DNA of 64,000 bases from an uncultured Eubacteriales bacterium (GCA_964646425.1 CAZYEI010000001.1:4731-68730), one strand, 5' to 3'; positions 19,558 to 30,085 are shown, counted from the first letter of the stretch. Notes: a model not told the origin generated them from the sequence alone. Numbers and translations are program-made.

Positions 19558-21658
19558 TTCTAATCGCCTCCTTAAACAACGAACCAACATAATCAATCAA
19601 ATCACCAGCAAGCATTGTAATTATTAATATTACTAATAAAATTATCAACATAAATCCGATAGTAATAATAATACTCTTTATTGTTTGCCAGAAAGTATAA
19701 TTATGAATATTTTCAATACCCATAAAAATCATAAATCCTGTTAACCCAATTCCAGCATATTGAATTACTTGTAATAAAAAAACATCATCATATGTCAAGA
19801 AATGAGATAATATTGTAACAACAATCATTGAAATCATCCATGGAACAAGTGAATATCCAATCGTACGATAAATTGAAATCATTGTTCCTTCACCATCTTG
19901 AATAGAGGTTACCATATAATTACAATATATAAATAAACCAATAATGCCAACATATCCAGCAGTTAAAGCAATAAAGTCAACTTCAAAGGCTTCGACATAT
20001 TGATAGATAAATCCTTTACCTATTGTATACCATAAGAAAACTGCAAATGTAATAATATATAAAACTGTTGCCGCTAAAGTTGAACCTCTTTTTCCAGCCC
20101 TTAAATCATAAAAACTATCAGTTGGTTTCACTAATAATTGGTAAGTAAATTTTAAATCTTTAACCAGTTTAACATTATCTACCTTATTTTTAGCATTAAC
20201 AGCCACAGCTAAGCAATTAGTTCTCTTATGAACTTTCTTTAATATTACAATAGCAATGATTGCAATAAATAAAATCACTAATGCTGTAACTAAGTTATTT
20301 TGAATCCAAATATTACGAACTTCCCAATAAGCTTTTGAATATGATTGTCTATTTCTCGCAATTTCCAAATGGTACATTGCACTTTCATAATCTTCATTAT
20401 ATAAGTAATTTAAACCAATGTTATTATGAGCAAGTGAAGACATTTGATTCAATTCAATTACTTCTTCCCATAATGCAATTGATTCATCATAATGACCTAA
20501 ATCATATTCAGCAAGTGCTGCATAGATTTTTTTAGAGTAATCAGTAGGTGTAAAAGTGTGAACTGCAGCTTTTTCACTATCTAAACACCATATTTTTCCA
20601 TTATTATCAACAGCAATAGAAACTAATGAAGAGAACAATCCATCAATATCTTGAGTACTATCAGGTGTTTTACCACCAAACACACATAAAAATTCACCAT
20701 CATTAGTGTAAATATAAATATATCCATCATTACTTGCAGCATAAACAATACCTTGAGAATCAACATAAATATCAACTGGTGAGTTTGAAGAAACTAGATC
20801 ATACTTTGTAAATTGATTTACTCCTGCAGTATTGTGTTTTTGAATAAAAGCATAAGGTTTTGAATAATTTGTTGTAGTGTATAATAAACCATCTTTATCA
20901 GTAAATAAATTACTAAATAAAGGTGCTTGAATTGCTAAACCTAAATTTTCTTTTTGTTCTGTTGTAAATAGAATATCGTAAATATAATCCATAATTCCTT
21001 TAGTAACTTTGTTTGTTGCAAAATAGCCAAGGAATGAACCTTTCTTATCTAATTGAATTACACCATCGCCAATTCCATCTGCGATAACATAAACATTTCC
21101 ATTAATGTCGGCAGAAACTTTAGAAGGTTCAAAATCACGATCTCTAAATAAAGTGCTTGTTGGTTTTCCAAAAGCTGTATAATACTCAAATTTAGATGAT
21201 GAATCATTATATTGATAAATATATACATTTCTTGCTTCAGAATCCGCAATATAAAGCAAACGATTATTTAATTCGTTATTATATGTTATAAATACACCTC
21301 TAGGATTTTTTATATTTTCTCCTTCAATTGTATATAACAAATTCATATTATCATCAAAAACACGAACAGCACCCAAAGTATTTTTATCTAATTTTGAATC
21401 TGCAATATAAATAATATTGTCTTCATCAATAAAAATATCGTTTGGTTTATTTAGTCCAATATCTGTTAATGTTTTATTTGGTAAATAAGCATCTTGAGTT
21501 CTAATTAAACCATGTCCTCTTGCATCAAGAGAATATGTATATGATGTTGCATTTCCACTCATTTCTACTACCATAATATCTTTATTTTTTGGGGCCATTG
21601 CGAAACAAGTGAATAAAATAAGGACAACCGCAACAAATCCTTTTAATTTCATTTTCAT
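19544..21658 (-). CDS. Signal peptide + NHL/beta-propeller-like repeats + TPR + C-terminal polytopic Yip1-like membrane domain (704 aa)
   Basis: An N-terminal signal peptide (MKMKLKGFVAVVLILFTCFAMA) is followed by repeated ...IYIAD/VYVIAD/IVYAASNDGYIYIY... blades typical of NHL/YVTN propellers. TPR-like helices follow (ALAEYDLGHYDESIALWEEVIEL...NNIGLNYLYNEDYESAMYHLEIA), then a TM helix and a region of about 5 TM segments resembling the Yip1/DUF1282 family. The ORF is adjacent to, or overlaps, both neighbouring genes. Confidence 0.55.
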   Translation of the reverse strand: MKMKLKGFVAVVLILFTCFAMAPKNKDIMVVEMSGNATSYTYSLDARGHGLIRTQDAYLPNKTLTDIGLNKPNDIFIDEDNIIYIADSKLDKNTLGAVRVFDDNMNLLYTIEGENIKNPRGVFITYNNELNNRLLYIADSEARNVYIYQYNDSSSKFEYYTAFGKPTSTLFRDRDFEPSKVSADINGNVYVIADGIGDGVIQLDKKGSFLGYFATNKVTKGIMDYIYDILFTTEQKENLGLAIQAPLFSNLFTDKDGLLYTTTNYSKPYAFIQKHNTAGVNQFTKYDLVSSNSPVDIYVDSQGIVYAASNDGYIYIYTNDGEFLCVFGGKTPDSTQDIDGLFSSLVSIAVDNNGKIWCLDSEKAAVHTFTPTDYSKKIYAALAEYDLGHYDESIALWEEVIELNQMSSLAHNNIGLNYLYNEDYESAMYHLEIARNRQSYSKAYWEVRNIWIQNNLVTALVILFIAIIAIVILKKVHKRTNCLAVAVNAKNKVDNVKLVKDLKFTYQLLVKPTDSFYDLRAGKRGSTLAATVLYIITFAVFLWYTIGKGFIYQYVEAFEVDFIALTAGYVGIIGLFIYCNYMVTSIQDGEGTMISIYRTIGYSLVPWMISMIVVTILSHFLTYDDVFLLQVIQYAGIGLTGFMIFMGIENIHNYTFWQTIKSIIITIGFMLIILLVILIITMLAGDLIDYVGSLFKEAIRNVIS

Positions 21659-21659
21659 A

Positions 21660-22538
21660 TTATTTAATACCTGAATGAGCCATAGTATTCATAACTTTAC
21701 TTTGCATGAAAATAAAGATAATTAAATTTGGCACAAAGATAATAACAGACGCTGCAGCTTGCATACCGACCCCAATAATGCTATTTCCTGTAGTCGTCAT
21801 TGTTAATGTATTTAAGTAATAAGCAAATGTTTTTAGCGATTCTTCTTGAATGTATAAAGAAGAAGTTGAAGTATTATTCCAAACGCTTTGGAATGTTAAA
21901 ATACCTACCGTTGCAATCGCAGGTTTAATAATAGGAACAATTATCTTCCAGACAGTTTGGAAATCATTTGCACCATCTAACTTAGCTGATTCAATTAATT
22001 CATCTGGTGTTTGGTCCATAAATTGCTTAACTAAGAATAAACCAACTGGCATTGCAACAAGTGGAATTATATTTGCCCAGAAACTATTAATTAATCCAAT
22101 TTTACTAATAATAAAATAAGACGGAATTGAAAGAGCAGTACCAACAAACATAAGTGCAGTTTGATTTATAGAAACTAATTTACCACAAAATTTAAAATGC
22201 TTTTTTGATAAAGCATATGCTGCGAGCACTGTAATAACCCAGTTAATTAAAACCGTTAATACGGTAACGACAATTGAATTAAATAAATATCTAGACATTG
22301 GAATAAAGGTTGTTGAACCAGCCTTAAATAATCTTTTAAAATTATCTAATGTTGGATTTTGAACTAAAAACTTTGGTGGGAATGCAAATAATTCATCTAA
22401 AGGTTTTAGTGAGTGACAAAAAGTATATATTAAAGGTAAAATCATAAATGCTGCAATTGGAAGCAAGATTATATAAAATTTAATTTGGGATTTTGAAAAC
22501 TTTTTAGGGTTTATTGTGGATCCACTTAATTTTGCCAT
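21660..22538 (-). CDS. Carbohydrate ABC transporter permease (LplC/MalG-like, CUT1)
   Basis: The EAA loop ESAKLDGANDFQTVWKIIVPI is present, with 6 predicted TM segments. Confidence 0.85.
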   Translation of the reverse strand: MAKLSGSTINPKKFSKSQIKFYIILLPIAAFMILPLIYTFCHSLKPLDELFAFPPKFLVQNPTLDNFKRLFKAGSTTFIPMSRYLFNSIVVTVLTVLINWVITVLAAYALSKKHFKFCGKLVSINQTALMFVGTALSIPSYFIISKIGLINSFWANIIPLVAMPVGLFLVKQFMDQTPDELIESAKLDGANDFQTVWKIIVPIIKPAIATVGILTFQSVWNNTSTSSLYIQEESLKTFAYYLNTLTMTTTGNSIIGVGMQAAASVIIFVPNLIIFIFMQSKVMNTMAHSGIK

Positions 22539-22550
22539 ATACTACACCTC

Positions 22551-23522
22551 CTAATCCTTTTCACCAAATAGTTTATATGCAATTTTAGTAAAAATCATAA
22601 TAATTGCTAATAAAACTACTGATAATGCTGCTGCATAACCCATTTCATAACGTGCATAACCATAATCATCAATATGGTTAATAATCAATTGTGCTGAATA
22701 TTCAGGAGTTGGGTTTACTCCAGAAAGAGCAACACCTATACCTCCATTATTAAATGCACTGACAATTGCCATAACTGCTCCAAATAGCATTTGTGGTTTC
22801 ATGTTCGGAATTGTTACATACATAATTTCTTGAAATCTATTTTTTACGCCATCTATATGAGCTGCTTCATATTGTTCAGCATCAATATTAAGCATACCAG
22901 CTAATGTACTTAAAAAACCAACTCCCATTGAACTCCATAGAGCAACAACAATAACAATGGTCATTAAATACTTTGGATCTTGTAAAAATTGAATTGGCGT
23001 ATCTATTAATCCTAATTGCAATAAGATTGAATTTATATAACCACTTTGGTCACCTGAGAATAGTGTTTTCCAAATTACAGCCATAAATACACCACCAAGC
23101 ATACTTGGCAAATATAATATTAAAGCTAAAACTGTTCTAGGTTTATGTGGTAATTGAGCAAGCATCCATGCCAACATAAATGAAATTATATAACCACCAG
23201 GGCCAGTAATAATTGCATATTTAAATGTATTTGGCAATACATACTTTAAAAATATTTCATCTTGAGTTAATAAATAAATATAATTATCTAATCCACTAAA
23301 TTTTGGACTTTCAATAACGTTAAAAGAGGTAAATGAAAGACCGATTGCCACAGCAACTGGAATAGCAATGAATATACAGAAAAGTAATGCATAAGGTAAT
23401 AGCATAATAATGGTAGCACCCAAATCGCTAAATGTCATTCTTTTTAAGCGATTCCAAGCTGTATTTATGTAGCCACCTACACTCTTTCTTTCTTTAATTT
23501 CTTTTATTTTCTTTTCTTTCAT
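22551..23522 (-). CDS. Carbohydrate ABC transporter permease (LplB/MalF-like, CUT1)
   Basis: The EAA loop [22 protein letters not shown] is present. The N-terminal basic extension is typical of LplB-type permeases. Confidence 0.85.
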   Translation of the reverse strand: MKEKKIKEIKERKSVGGYINTAWNRLKRMTFSDLGATIIMLLPYALLFCIFIAIPVAVAIGLSFTSFNVIESPKFSGLDNYIYLLTQDEIFLKYVLPNTFKYAIITGPGGYIISFMLAWMLAQLPHKPRTVLALILYLPSMLGGVFMAVIWKTLFSGDQSGYINSILLQLGLIDTPIQFLQDPKYLMTIVIVVALWSSMGVGFLSTLAGMLNIDAEQYEAAHIDGVKNRFQEIMYVTIPNMKPQMLFGAVMAIVSAFNNGGIGVALSGVNPTPEYSAQLIINHIDDYGYARYEMGYAAALSVVLLAIIMIFTKIAYKLFGEKD

Positions 23523-23524
23523 AA

Positions 23525-25153
23525 CTAATTACCTTTATTTTGGGCAATCATTTTTTCCACCCAATCTCTTTCTCTAATTGTATAACCATCTGTATAACCA
23601 AATTCTTCTAATTTTCTTGTTATTTCTCTATTTATTGAAATAACTGCAGTATCAATTGATCCCCTAACAGGTTCGTTGCTTAATACAACTTGTGTCCAAA
23701 TATTACTTAGTCCTCTTTCTAACATATATTGTCCTGGAGTTCTAGGAATATCGATAATATATTCAAGAGAATTTAAAATAACTTGTTTATCTTTTGAATC
23801 AATTGGCGCATTGGCAACTGCTTCTAGATTACAGCTTAACCATAAATATTCAGGTCCATATGTAGATTGCAAAGTATAACCAAATTCTGTTTGAACTTCA
23901 GTTGAAGTCCACCATTTTAAGAAATCCCAACATCTTTCAGCTTTGTTAGTATCAGCAAATATCATCGATGCAGAACCATTACTGATATATGTTCTATTTA
24001 TTGAACCATCATCTTGTTCTGTTCCAAGAGGCAAAGTAATTTGCCATTTACCATTTAATTCTGGAGCTGCATTTTTCATCATCAAGTAATCAGAGAATGA
24101 AGCAGTTCCAATTGGTTGAGTTCCATTTCTAAATGAATTATAGAAACTTTGAACTTGCGTTGATAAAGAATATTTTGTAAATAATTCTGTTAATTGAGTT
24201 ATTCCCTTAACAGCTGCTTCTGAATTAATAGCAGTAGCAGTTCCATTTGCATTATATAATTGTCCACCATTTTGATAAATCAATGGTGCAGTTTGATAGA
24301 ACCACTTAGTTGCATTTGTAGCACTAATTTGCATATAGTAATTCATTCCATATCTTTGTAATGTAGGAAGAATACCAATCATTTCAGTATAAGTATTTGG
24401 AACATCAATATCAAATGAATTAAAAATATCTTCACGATACATCATAACATTAAAATCAAGTGTTTCAGGTAATCCGTAAACTTTATCATTTAAAATATAT
24501 GATACTAAAGTTCCTGGAGCAAAATGGTTATCACTCATAACTTGCCAAAAATCTTCAAATTGAGTCATATCATATGCTGCATTTCTAACTGCAAAATCGA
24601 ATGGCATATGTGAACCAAGTCCCATAGCCATATCTGGTGTTTCGCCAGCAGCATTTGCCAATAATAATTTTGAAGCATCAGGCATAATTGCTAATTTTAC
24701 TTTGGTTTCCGTAGTATTAAATTCACGATCAATCATATTTTGCATAATATCAATGTAGGTCATTGGTCTATTTACCCAAATTGTTAAAACATTAGGATCT
24801 TCATCATCCAATGATTGTTTATACTTATCAGAAAAGAATGAATCCAGTAAGATTGTTGCATCAGCACCTAAAGTAACAAAAACATTTTTAGTTGCTCTTG
24901 GCAATTTAGTTTTTCCATAAACATACATCATATCTAAAGATATTGCTTGTCCAGAAAATGAAGAAATACTTTCACCAACAAGAGCGTTTATAGAACTTGT
25001 ACCACTATATAAATTTTCTAAATATAGAGGCAATTCATCAGGCTCTTCCATTAATTCTTCCAAAGTAGCAATTGCTTTTTGCACATATGAAAGTAATGAA
25101 GAATCAGCACCTTTTTCAGAATAAATTTTTCCTCTTGTAATTATTGCTTTCAT
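23525..25153 (-). CDS. Family-1 extracellular solute-binding-protein-like domain protein (LplA-like). It has no signal peptide of its own and no RBS.
   Basis: The 542-aa product has the size and composition of LplA-type oligosaccharide-binding proteins and is coupled to the permeases, with a 2-nt gap. The sequence upstream of its ATG (TATTTAAAAGCTTATGATACTTTAATG) has no Shine-Dalgarno element. It is in frame with the upstream ORF across a single TAA. Confidence 0.6.
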   Translation of the reverse strand: MKAIITRGKIYSEKGADSSLLSYVQKAIATLEELMEEPDELPLYLENLYSGTSSINALVGESISSFSGQAISLDMMYVYGKTKLPRATKNVFVTLGADATILLDSFFSDKYKQSLDDEDPNVLTIWVNRPMTYIDIMQNMIDREFNTTETKVKLAIMPDASKLLLANAAGETPDMAMGLGSHMPFDFAVRNAAYDMTQFEDFWQVMSDNHFAPGTLVSYILNDKVYGLPETLDFNVMMYREDIFNSFDIDVPNTYTEMIGILPTLQRYGMNYYMQISATNATKWFYQTAPLIYQNGGQLYNANGTATAINSEAAVKGITQLTELFTKYSLSTQVQSFYNSFRNGTQPIGTASFSDYLMMKNAAPELNGKWQITLPLGTEQDDGSINRTYISNGSASMIFADTNKAERCWDFLKWWTSTEVQTEFGYTLQSTYGPEYLWLSCNLEAVANAPIDSKDKQVILNSLEYIIDIPRTPGQYMLERGLSNIWTQVVLSNEPVRGSIDTAVISINREITRKLEEFGYTDGYTIRERDWVEKMIAQNKGN

Positions 25154-25177
25154 TAAAGTATCATAAGCTTTTAAATA

Positions 25178-26521
25178 TTATGAAGTTTCCGGAATATATT
25201 TTGTCAATTTCCAATCTTTATCCATATCAATATCATTTCCAGTAACTTTTAAAATTTCCAAGGCAAAATAATTTATATGATCAACAATTAATTGCAAATC
25301 GTTAATTAATGATGCCATATTTTCCATTTCAGCACGTAAAGTAATTTCATGTTTTCCAGCACTTAAATATACATAATATGGATTGCCATCATCATCTTGT
25401 AAATGGGTATTGCTCCATGTATTTCCAGTATGTGGGAATGAATAATTTTGTAACTCAGCAAATGGAATAACTCCATCTATATAGACACTTCTAAAAGCAT
25501 CATATTCATTTTTATCGTTAATATAATGGAATCCCAATTGATAATATCCGGCAACTTCTACCTCTACTTCATATGTTATACTTTGTCCGGCTTTTTGCCA
25601 TGATGTTCCAGAAATTACATTTAATTTTTTAATATCAGTTGAATATGGAGTAACATTTGGAGTTGACTCACTTTCTAATCTTACGTATGAAGAATTTTTT
25701 TCTATATATTCTGTTGCATTAATTTTGTAAAGAGATTTTTGTAAACTTTGTTCGCCATATTTTGCTTTTATTTCATTTTGATAATTAGCATAGGAAACAA
25801 TTTTTTGTGGGGACTTTGCTTTTAATTGTCCTAACGCTAAAACACCACTGCTCGAAATAGAATTAATTGTTATTTTATTTTCACCATTTTCTAAATAAAA
25901 AAGTAAAGGAGTAGATGATTTATATTGATTGTCATACATTTGTAATGACATCCATTCATCTATTCTAACACTTGATGGAATAGTCTCATCGCCATAAGAA
26001 TCTAAAGGAAAATCTTTTGTTGAATCTTGCCAGTATAAAGGAACATCAATTGTAGATGCTTCACTATATTGATATTTATCATTAATTTCAATTCCTATTG
26101 TTTGATTGGTTAAAACATTATCTCCTACAACTCGATAATCAACTTCAATCTCATATAATCCTGATGTTGGAATATCAACTAAATAGTCAACACTTTCACC
26201 ATATTCAATAGTATAGATATTTCCATTAGAATAGCCATAATTATTGTTCTCTTGATTAGTTTTTGAAGACATTGAAGCTATTTCACTATCCTTCAATGAA
26301 TAATTAATATCTTTTTCACCTAAAAAATCAACATATGTTGTTTCGTGTTTAAAACTACTCGTTTCAATAGATTTAACCAGTAAATCATATGCATTTTTTC
26401 TTTCTTCTTCATTTATATTAAAATCAGGAGCAGAACCACTATTTGCTATTACTACTACTCCAACGGATAATAGTGCAATTAAGGTAACAATCGACACTAC
26501 TCTTTTTGTTTTTCTTCTCAT
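25178..26521 (-). CDS. Membrane-anchored extracellular protein of unknown function. Its frame continues into the SBP-like ORF downstream. It may be the N-terminal half of a tethered SBP gene that is disrupted or read through.
   Basis: I placed the start at the ATG 26521..26519 (MRRKTKRVVSIVTLIALLSVGVVVIA), which has the Shine-Dalgarno sequence AAGGTGGGG. The ORF-track start at 26557 has no SD and lies inside a hairpin. After the single TM anchor the body is rich in beta strand. The ORF ends ...KYIPETS-TAA, then continues in frame with [13 protein letters not shown]... Confidence 0.5.
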   Translation of the reverse strand: MRRKTKRVVSIVTLIALLSVGVVVIANSGSAPDFNINEEERKNAYDLLVKSIETSSFKHETTYVDFLGEKDINYSLKDSEIASMSSKTNQENNNYGYSNGNIYTIEYGESVDYLVDIPTSGLYEIEVDYRVVGDNVLTNQTIGIEINDKYQYSEASTIDVPLYWQDSTKDFPLDSYGDETIPSSVRIDEWMSLQMYDNQYKSSTPLLFYLENGENKITINSISSSGVLALGQLKAKSPQKIVSYANYQNEIKAKYGEQSLQKSLYKINATEYIEKNSSYVRLESESTPNVTPYSTDIKKLNVISGTSWQKAGQSITYEVEVEVAGYYQLGFHYINDKNEYDAFRSVYIDGVIPFAELQNYSFPHTGNTWSNTHLQDDDGNPYYVYLSAGKHEITLRAEMENMASLINDLQLIVDHINYFALEILKVTGNDIDMDKDWKLTKYIPETS

Positions 26522-26560
26522 AATTAACCCCACCTTAATTAATTGTAAAGACTGCATAAG

Positions 26561-26587
26561 AGTAGGACAAAAAATGTCCTACTCTAT
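26561..26587 (-). other. Intercistronic stem-loop GAGUAGGACA-uuuu-UGUCCUACUC immediately downstream of the SBP gene
   Basis: A perfect 10-bp stem is visible, with no clear U-tract after it on the minus strand. It may act as a 3'-stabilising or processing element. Confidence 0.45.
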
Positions 26588-26610
26588 GTATCTTTTATTT
26601 AAAATATTAA

Positions 26611-28305
26611 TTAGAAATCAGACTCATTAAAGCCATAATAAGTAATCAATGATTGACGAATTAAACCAAATGCTTGCTCATAACGACCATTAATTACATC
26701 ATTATATTCGCTTAAGAACGCTGTATATGTGCTATACCAGTTCGGACTATCAATTGTAACACCTACAACATCTTCAACACCAAAGTTATCAATTTCATGT
26801 AAAATAGAAACTGTTTCTCCACCATCGTTCATATATTCTCTAGGGAATGCCTTATCTGAAACACCATAAATTTTTCCTTCTCCCCAAAGTCTAACAACTT
26901 CAGCAAATCCAGGGAATTTTTCAGCATCTGCAAATTCCATATGTCCAGGAGTAGATAACCAAATTTCCATTTGTTTATCATAATCATCACCCTTTGAAAT
27001 TAAAGGGAAAGATTGAGGAGTTGCATATGCATAAACATAATTACCATCATCATCTAATGTATCGGAATATTGTTGTTTACTTGCAGCTTCCCATGCATCT
27101 GTACTTGTTAGCCAGAAAGCAGTGAATGTATAGGCAATATCCATCTTCTTTAATTCAGCTTCACTACATGTATTGTTACCATCATCAGCACAATAGTTAT
27201 AAATAGAAATTGGATCTAAAACTACACCAACATGATTATCAACAATAACATCACCATTTGAATTTGTTAAAGCTGGACGAGGATAATAATCCCAATCATC
27301 TGATAATACTTCACTAGCTCCGCCTTCAGTATTTCCATAAACAAACATCCAAGGATGTTGATCAAGAGTTAGTAAACCACCTTTTGAGAAATAATAATAC
27401 TCATAATTGCCAAGTCTTGAAGTATAGTCTATAATTCCAGGATCAGTCCAATCTCCAGTAGCATTTTTAAAACTATATTGAGCTTGTTCAACAAGATTTG
27501 GAAGTGCTTGTTTAAAATCATCAGTAGCAAAATTTACATATGTTTCGCCACCTTCAAAATTTTGAAGTTGTGTTTCAATATATGCACCTTTTAGCATTGT
27601 CATACTAGCATCTAAGCTTCCATAATAAGAATAATCTACTTTATGTGAAACAAAGTCTGTGTAATCATCCCATGTCCAGTCAACATCTGGAGAAGCAATT
27701 TTTTGAGCTGTCGCTAATTCTCTATTTACATAAACTCCCCAAGGAATAGCATATTGAGGAAGCGCACCTTGGAATCCATAAAAATTACACATAGAAAGTA
27801 ATGATGGATTTAATTTCTTATATGCAGCATCATCTTTATATCTTGATAGATCTGCGATAATGCCTTGTTGCATATCATCATAAACATTTTTAGATAAGAA
27901 AATATCAGGATACGCTCCATTTGCAGCCTTATAATTTTCTAATTCAGCGCTCCAATCTTCCGGATCATCAGCTTTACTTGCTAAATTAATTTTAATATTT
28001 GGATATGTTTTATTAAATTCTTTAGCAATAGCATAAATCATTGCAGTATTAAATCCTGAAATTTCATTTGGTGCCCATTCAGCATGACCAATATCTTTAT
28101 GAGTTTGACCATCGCCAGCCCAAACCATAACAGTAATATCTCCACTTGTATTTTTATCAATTAAATCAGTTACTTGACCATTACCACCAGAAGCTGTATT
28201 ACTTGACTTATTTGGTTTTGAAGTATTACTGCCACCACACGCTGCAACTGACGTTAATAAAACTAATGAAGCAAGTAGAGTACTAAATTTATTAAATTTT
28301 TTCAT
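26611..28305 (-). CDS. Extracellular solute-binding lipoprotein (family 1, CUT1 oligosaccharide-binding)
   Basis: I placed the start at the ATG 28305..28303 (MKKFNKFSTLLASLVLLTSVAACGG, a lipobox), which has the Shine-Dalgarno sequence GGAGG 8 nt upstream. The ORF-track start at 28335 has no SD. An S/N/G-rich linker is followed by an SBP fold. Confidence 0.85.
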   Translation of the reverse strand: MKKFNKFSTLLASLVLLTSVAACGGSNTSKPNKSSNTASGGNGQVTDLIDKNTSGDITVMVWAGDGQTHKDIGHAEWAPNEISGFNTAMIYAIAKEFNKTYPNIKINLASKADDPEDWSAELENYKAANGAYPDIFLSKNVYDDMQQGIIADLSRYKDDAAYKKLNPSLLSMCNFYGFQGALPQYAIPWGVYVNRELATAQKIASPDVDWTWDDYTDFVSHKVDYSYYGSLDASMTMLKGAYIETQLQNFEGGETYVNFATDDFKQALPNLVEQAQYSFKNATGDWTDPGIIDYTSRLGNYEYYYFSKGGLLTLDQHPWMFVYGNTEGGASEVLSDDWDYYPRPALTNSNGDVIVDNHVGVVLDPISIYNYCADDGNNTCSEAELKKMDIAYTFTAFWLTSTDAWEAASKQQYSDTLDDDGNYVYAYATPQSFPLISKGDDYDKQMEIWLSTPGHMEFADAEKFPGFAEVVRLWGEGKIYGVSDKAFPREYMNDGGETVSILHEIDNFGVEDVVGVTIDSPNWYSTYTAFLSEYNDVINGRYEQAFGLIRQSLITYYGFNESDF

Positions 28306-28338
28306 TATTTTGCCTCCTATTTTACTAATTATCAATTC

Positions 28339-28368
28339 AAAGGTAACAACACTAAAGTTGTTACCTTT
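28339..28368. other. Perfect hairpin AAAGGTAACAAC-actaaa-GTTGTTACCTTT between the lipoprotein gene and the SBP gene
   Basis: A 12-bp stem is present. T-rich sequence follows it only on the plus strand. On the minus-strand operon transcript it would act as an intercistronic stability or processing structure rather than a terminator. Confidence 0.5.
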
Positions 28369-28378
28369 ATTTTTATTA

Positions 28379-30049
28379 TTAATTTTGAACTAATTTAACA
28401 TCCTTAATATAGAAAGTAATATCATCTGCTAATAAACCAAGTTCAATTGTTACCTTATTAACGCTATCGATTTCAGCAGCATTAATATTCAATGTAATAG
28501 TTTGGAAATCATTAGATGCAGATATTTCTGTTTCAGCATATGAAGTATAAGGATTTTGATTTTGAATAAAGGCAACCTTCATAGCGATACTTGTTTTAAT
28601 TTTGAATGTTAATGTATAAGAAAGTCCACCAATACATGGTAAATTATTCATATTTATTTGGTTAACATATGATTGTTCCCCTTTTCCTAAAGTATGAATT
28701 TTTACAGAGCCGTCTGTTTCATCGCTAAATGATTGTGTAATCCATGTTTCACACCATGAATCTTCTTTAAATTTAGCAGCATTATATGTTGGTAATAAGT
28801 TTGAACCAGCAGCAACAACAGTAATTGTACGTGAATCAGTAGTCTTATTTCCAGCAGCATCTTTTACTTCATAATTAACAGTATATGTTCCTGCTTTTGA
28901 AACATCTAATGTTGTAATTTCATTTCCATTATATGTTGCCTTAATATTAGCAGTTACATCACCATCAATATTATCACTAGCTGTTATTCCATGTAAAACG
29001 TTAAACTTTGTTGAAGATTCAGAAATTTTAATATTATTCATTCCACTAAATGAAGGTGCAGTTTCATCGACAACAGTGCCATCAAAAACGCCAACATAAA
29101 CATCTGTAAACCATAAAGTTGTCATTACATCTGCAGTTGGAGCAACTTTACCCATACTAAACAAGATTGAGCAACCATCTAATGTTGCATGAGTTGCAGT
29201 AAATGTATATTCAAATTCTTGCCAAGTAGAAGTAACTTCTGCAGTATAGATTTGTTGATCAGAAGTAAATCCTTCATACCAAGGAGATGCAGGCATTAAT
29301 TGACCAATAGAAACTTCGACGTATTTTGTAGTTAATGCTTTTGCTTTAAATGATACTTTATAATTTTGGCCACCAGTCATAGTAAAGCGCATATCTTCGC
29401 CACTGCCATTAGTTGCGTATGTTGCTGAGTTTAACCTTGGAGAAGATGCATTTGTCCAGTTTAATCCAGTCATAACAACTTTAGCAGCATTTTTGTTTTC
29501 TCCCATTACATCAGTTTTTTCAACTGAGAATTCGCCAGTACCACCTTCATGAGTAGCTAATTCCCAATCTTTTGTTCCTAGTTCAAAATTTGCATTTGAA
29601 ACTAGATTTCCAGCAGTAACAGTAGCTTCTATGATTTCAACATTTCTAGTAGCAGTTTCAGTTATTTCAACTCCACCAGTTTTAAAAGTTACTGAATAAT
29701 CAATTTTACAAGTACGAATTTCACTTGTATCAAGTAATTTTCCATTCAATGTACAATTAGATGTAGCGGTAGTTCTTGTCTTTAATTCAATACCAGTAGA
29801 AGTTAAAACACTAACTCCATCAAATACATTATAAGAGCTATGTTGTACAGCTTCACTTTCAACGCCAGAGAAATCATAAGCAATTGTTACTCCAGGGTTA
29901 ACATTAGTAGATTGTGAAGTACTTGGTGTGATAGACGGTGTTGATGTGCTTGATGAATTTGAAGTGGGTTTTGATGTATTATTTCCACCACAAGCAGCAA
30001 GAGCACATAACATCAATGTGGCAAGACTTGCCGTAAATATTTTTTTCAT
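28379..30049 (-). CDS. Surface lipoprotein with a DUF5011-type Ig-like domain and a CBM4_9-like carbohydrate-binding domain
   Basis: A lipobox is present (LMLCALAACGG). The segment ITASDNIDGDVTANIKATYNGNEITTLDVSKAGTYTVNYEVKDAAGNKTTDSRTITVV is a textbook DUF5011 pattern. The NANFELGTKDWE motif resembles the start of a CBM_4_9 domain. Confidence 0.6.
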   Translation of the reverse strand: MKKIFTASLATLMLCALAACGGNNTSKPTSNSSSTSTPSITPSTSQSTNVNPGVTIAYDFSGVESEAVQHSSYNVFDGVSVLTSTGIELKTRTTATSNCTLNGKLLDTSEIRTCKIDYSVTFKTGGVEITETATRNVEIIEATVTAGNLVSNANFELGTKDWELATHEGGTGEFSVEKTDVMGENKNAAKVVMTGLNWTNASSPRLNSATYATNGSGEDMRFTMTGGQNYKVSFKAKALTTKYVEVSIGQLMPASPWYEGFTSDQQIYTAEVTSTWQEFEYTFTATHATLDGCSILFSMGKVAPTADVMTTLWFTDVYVGVFDGTVVDETAPSFSGMNNIKISESSTKFNVLHGITASDNIDGDVTANIKATYNGNEITTLDVSKAGTYTVNYEVKDAAGNKTTDSRTITVVAAGSNLLPTYNAAKFKEDSWCETWITQSFSDETDGSVKIHTLGKGEQSYVNQINMNNLPCIGGLSYTLTFKIKTSIAMKVAFIQNQNPYTSYAETEISASNDFQTITLNINAAEIDSVNKVTIELGLLADDITFYIKDVKLVQN

Positions 30050-30073
30050 TTTATTATTTTCCTCCCTTTGTAA

Positions 30074-30085
30074 GAAATCGATTTC
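30074..30085. promoter_or_regulatory. Perfect 12-bp palindrome GAAATCGATTTC (cre/LacI-type operator candidate) in the 5'UTR of the lipoprotein/ABC operon, just upstream of its RBS
   Basis: The 12-mer is its own reverse complement and has a central CG. The same core occurs at 10437 and 10478 before the other surface lipoprotein gene. Confidence 0.45.
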
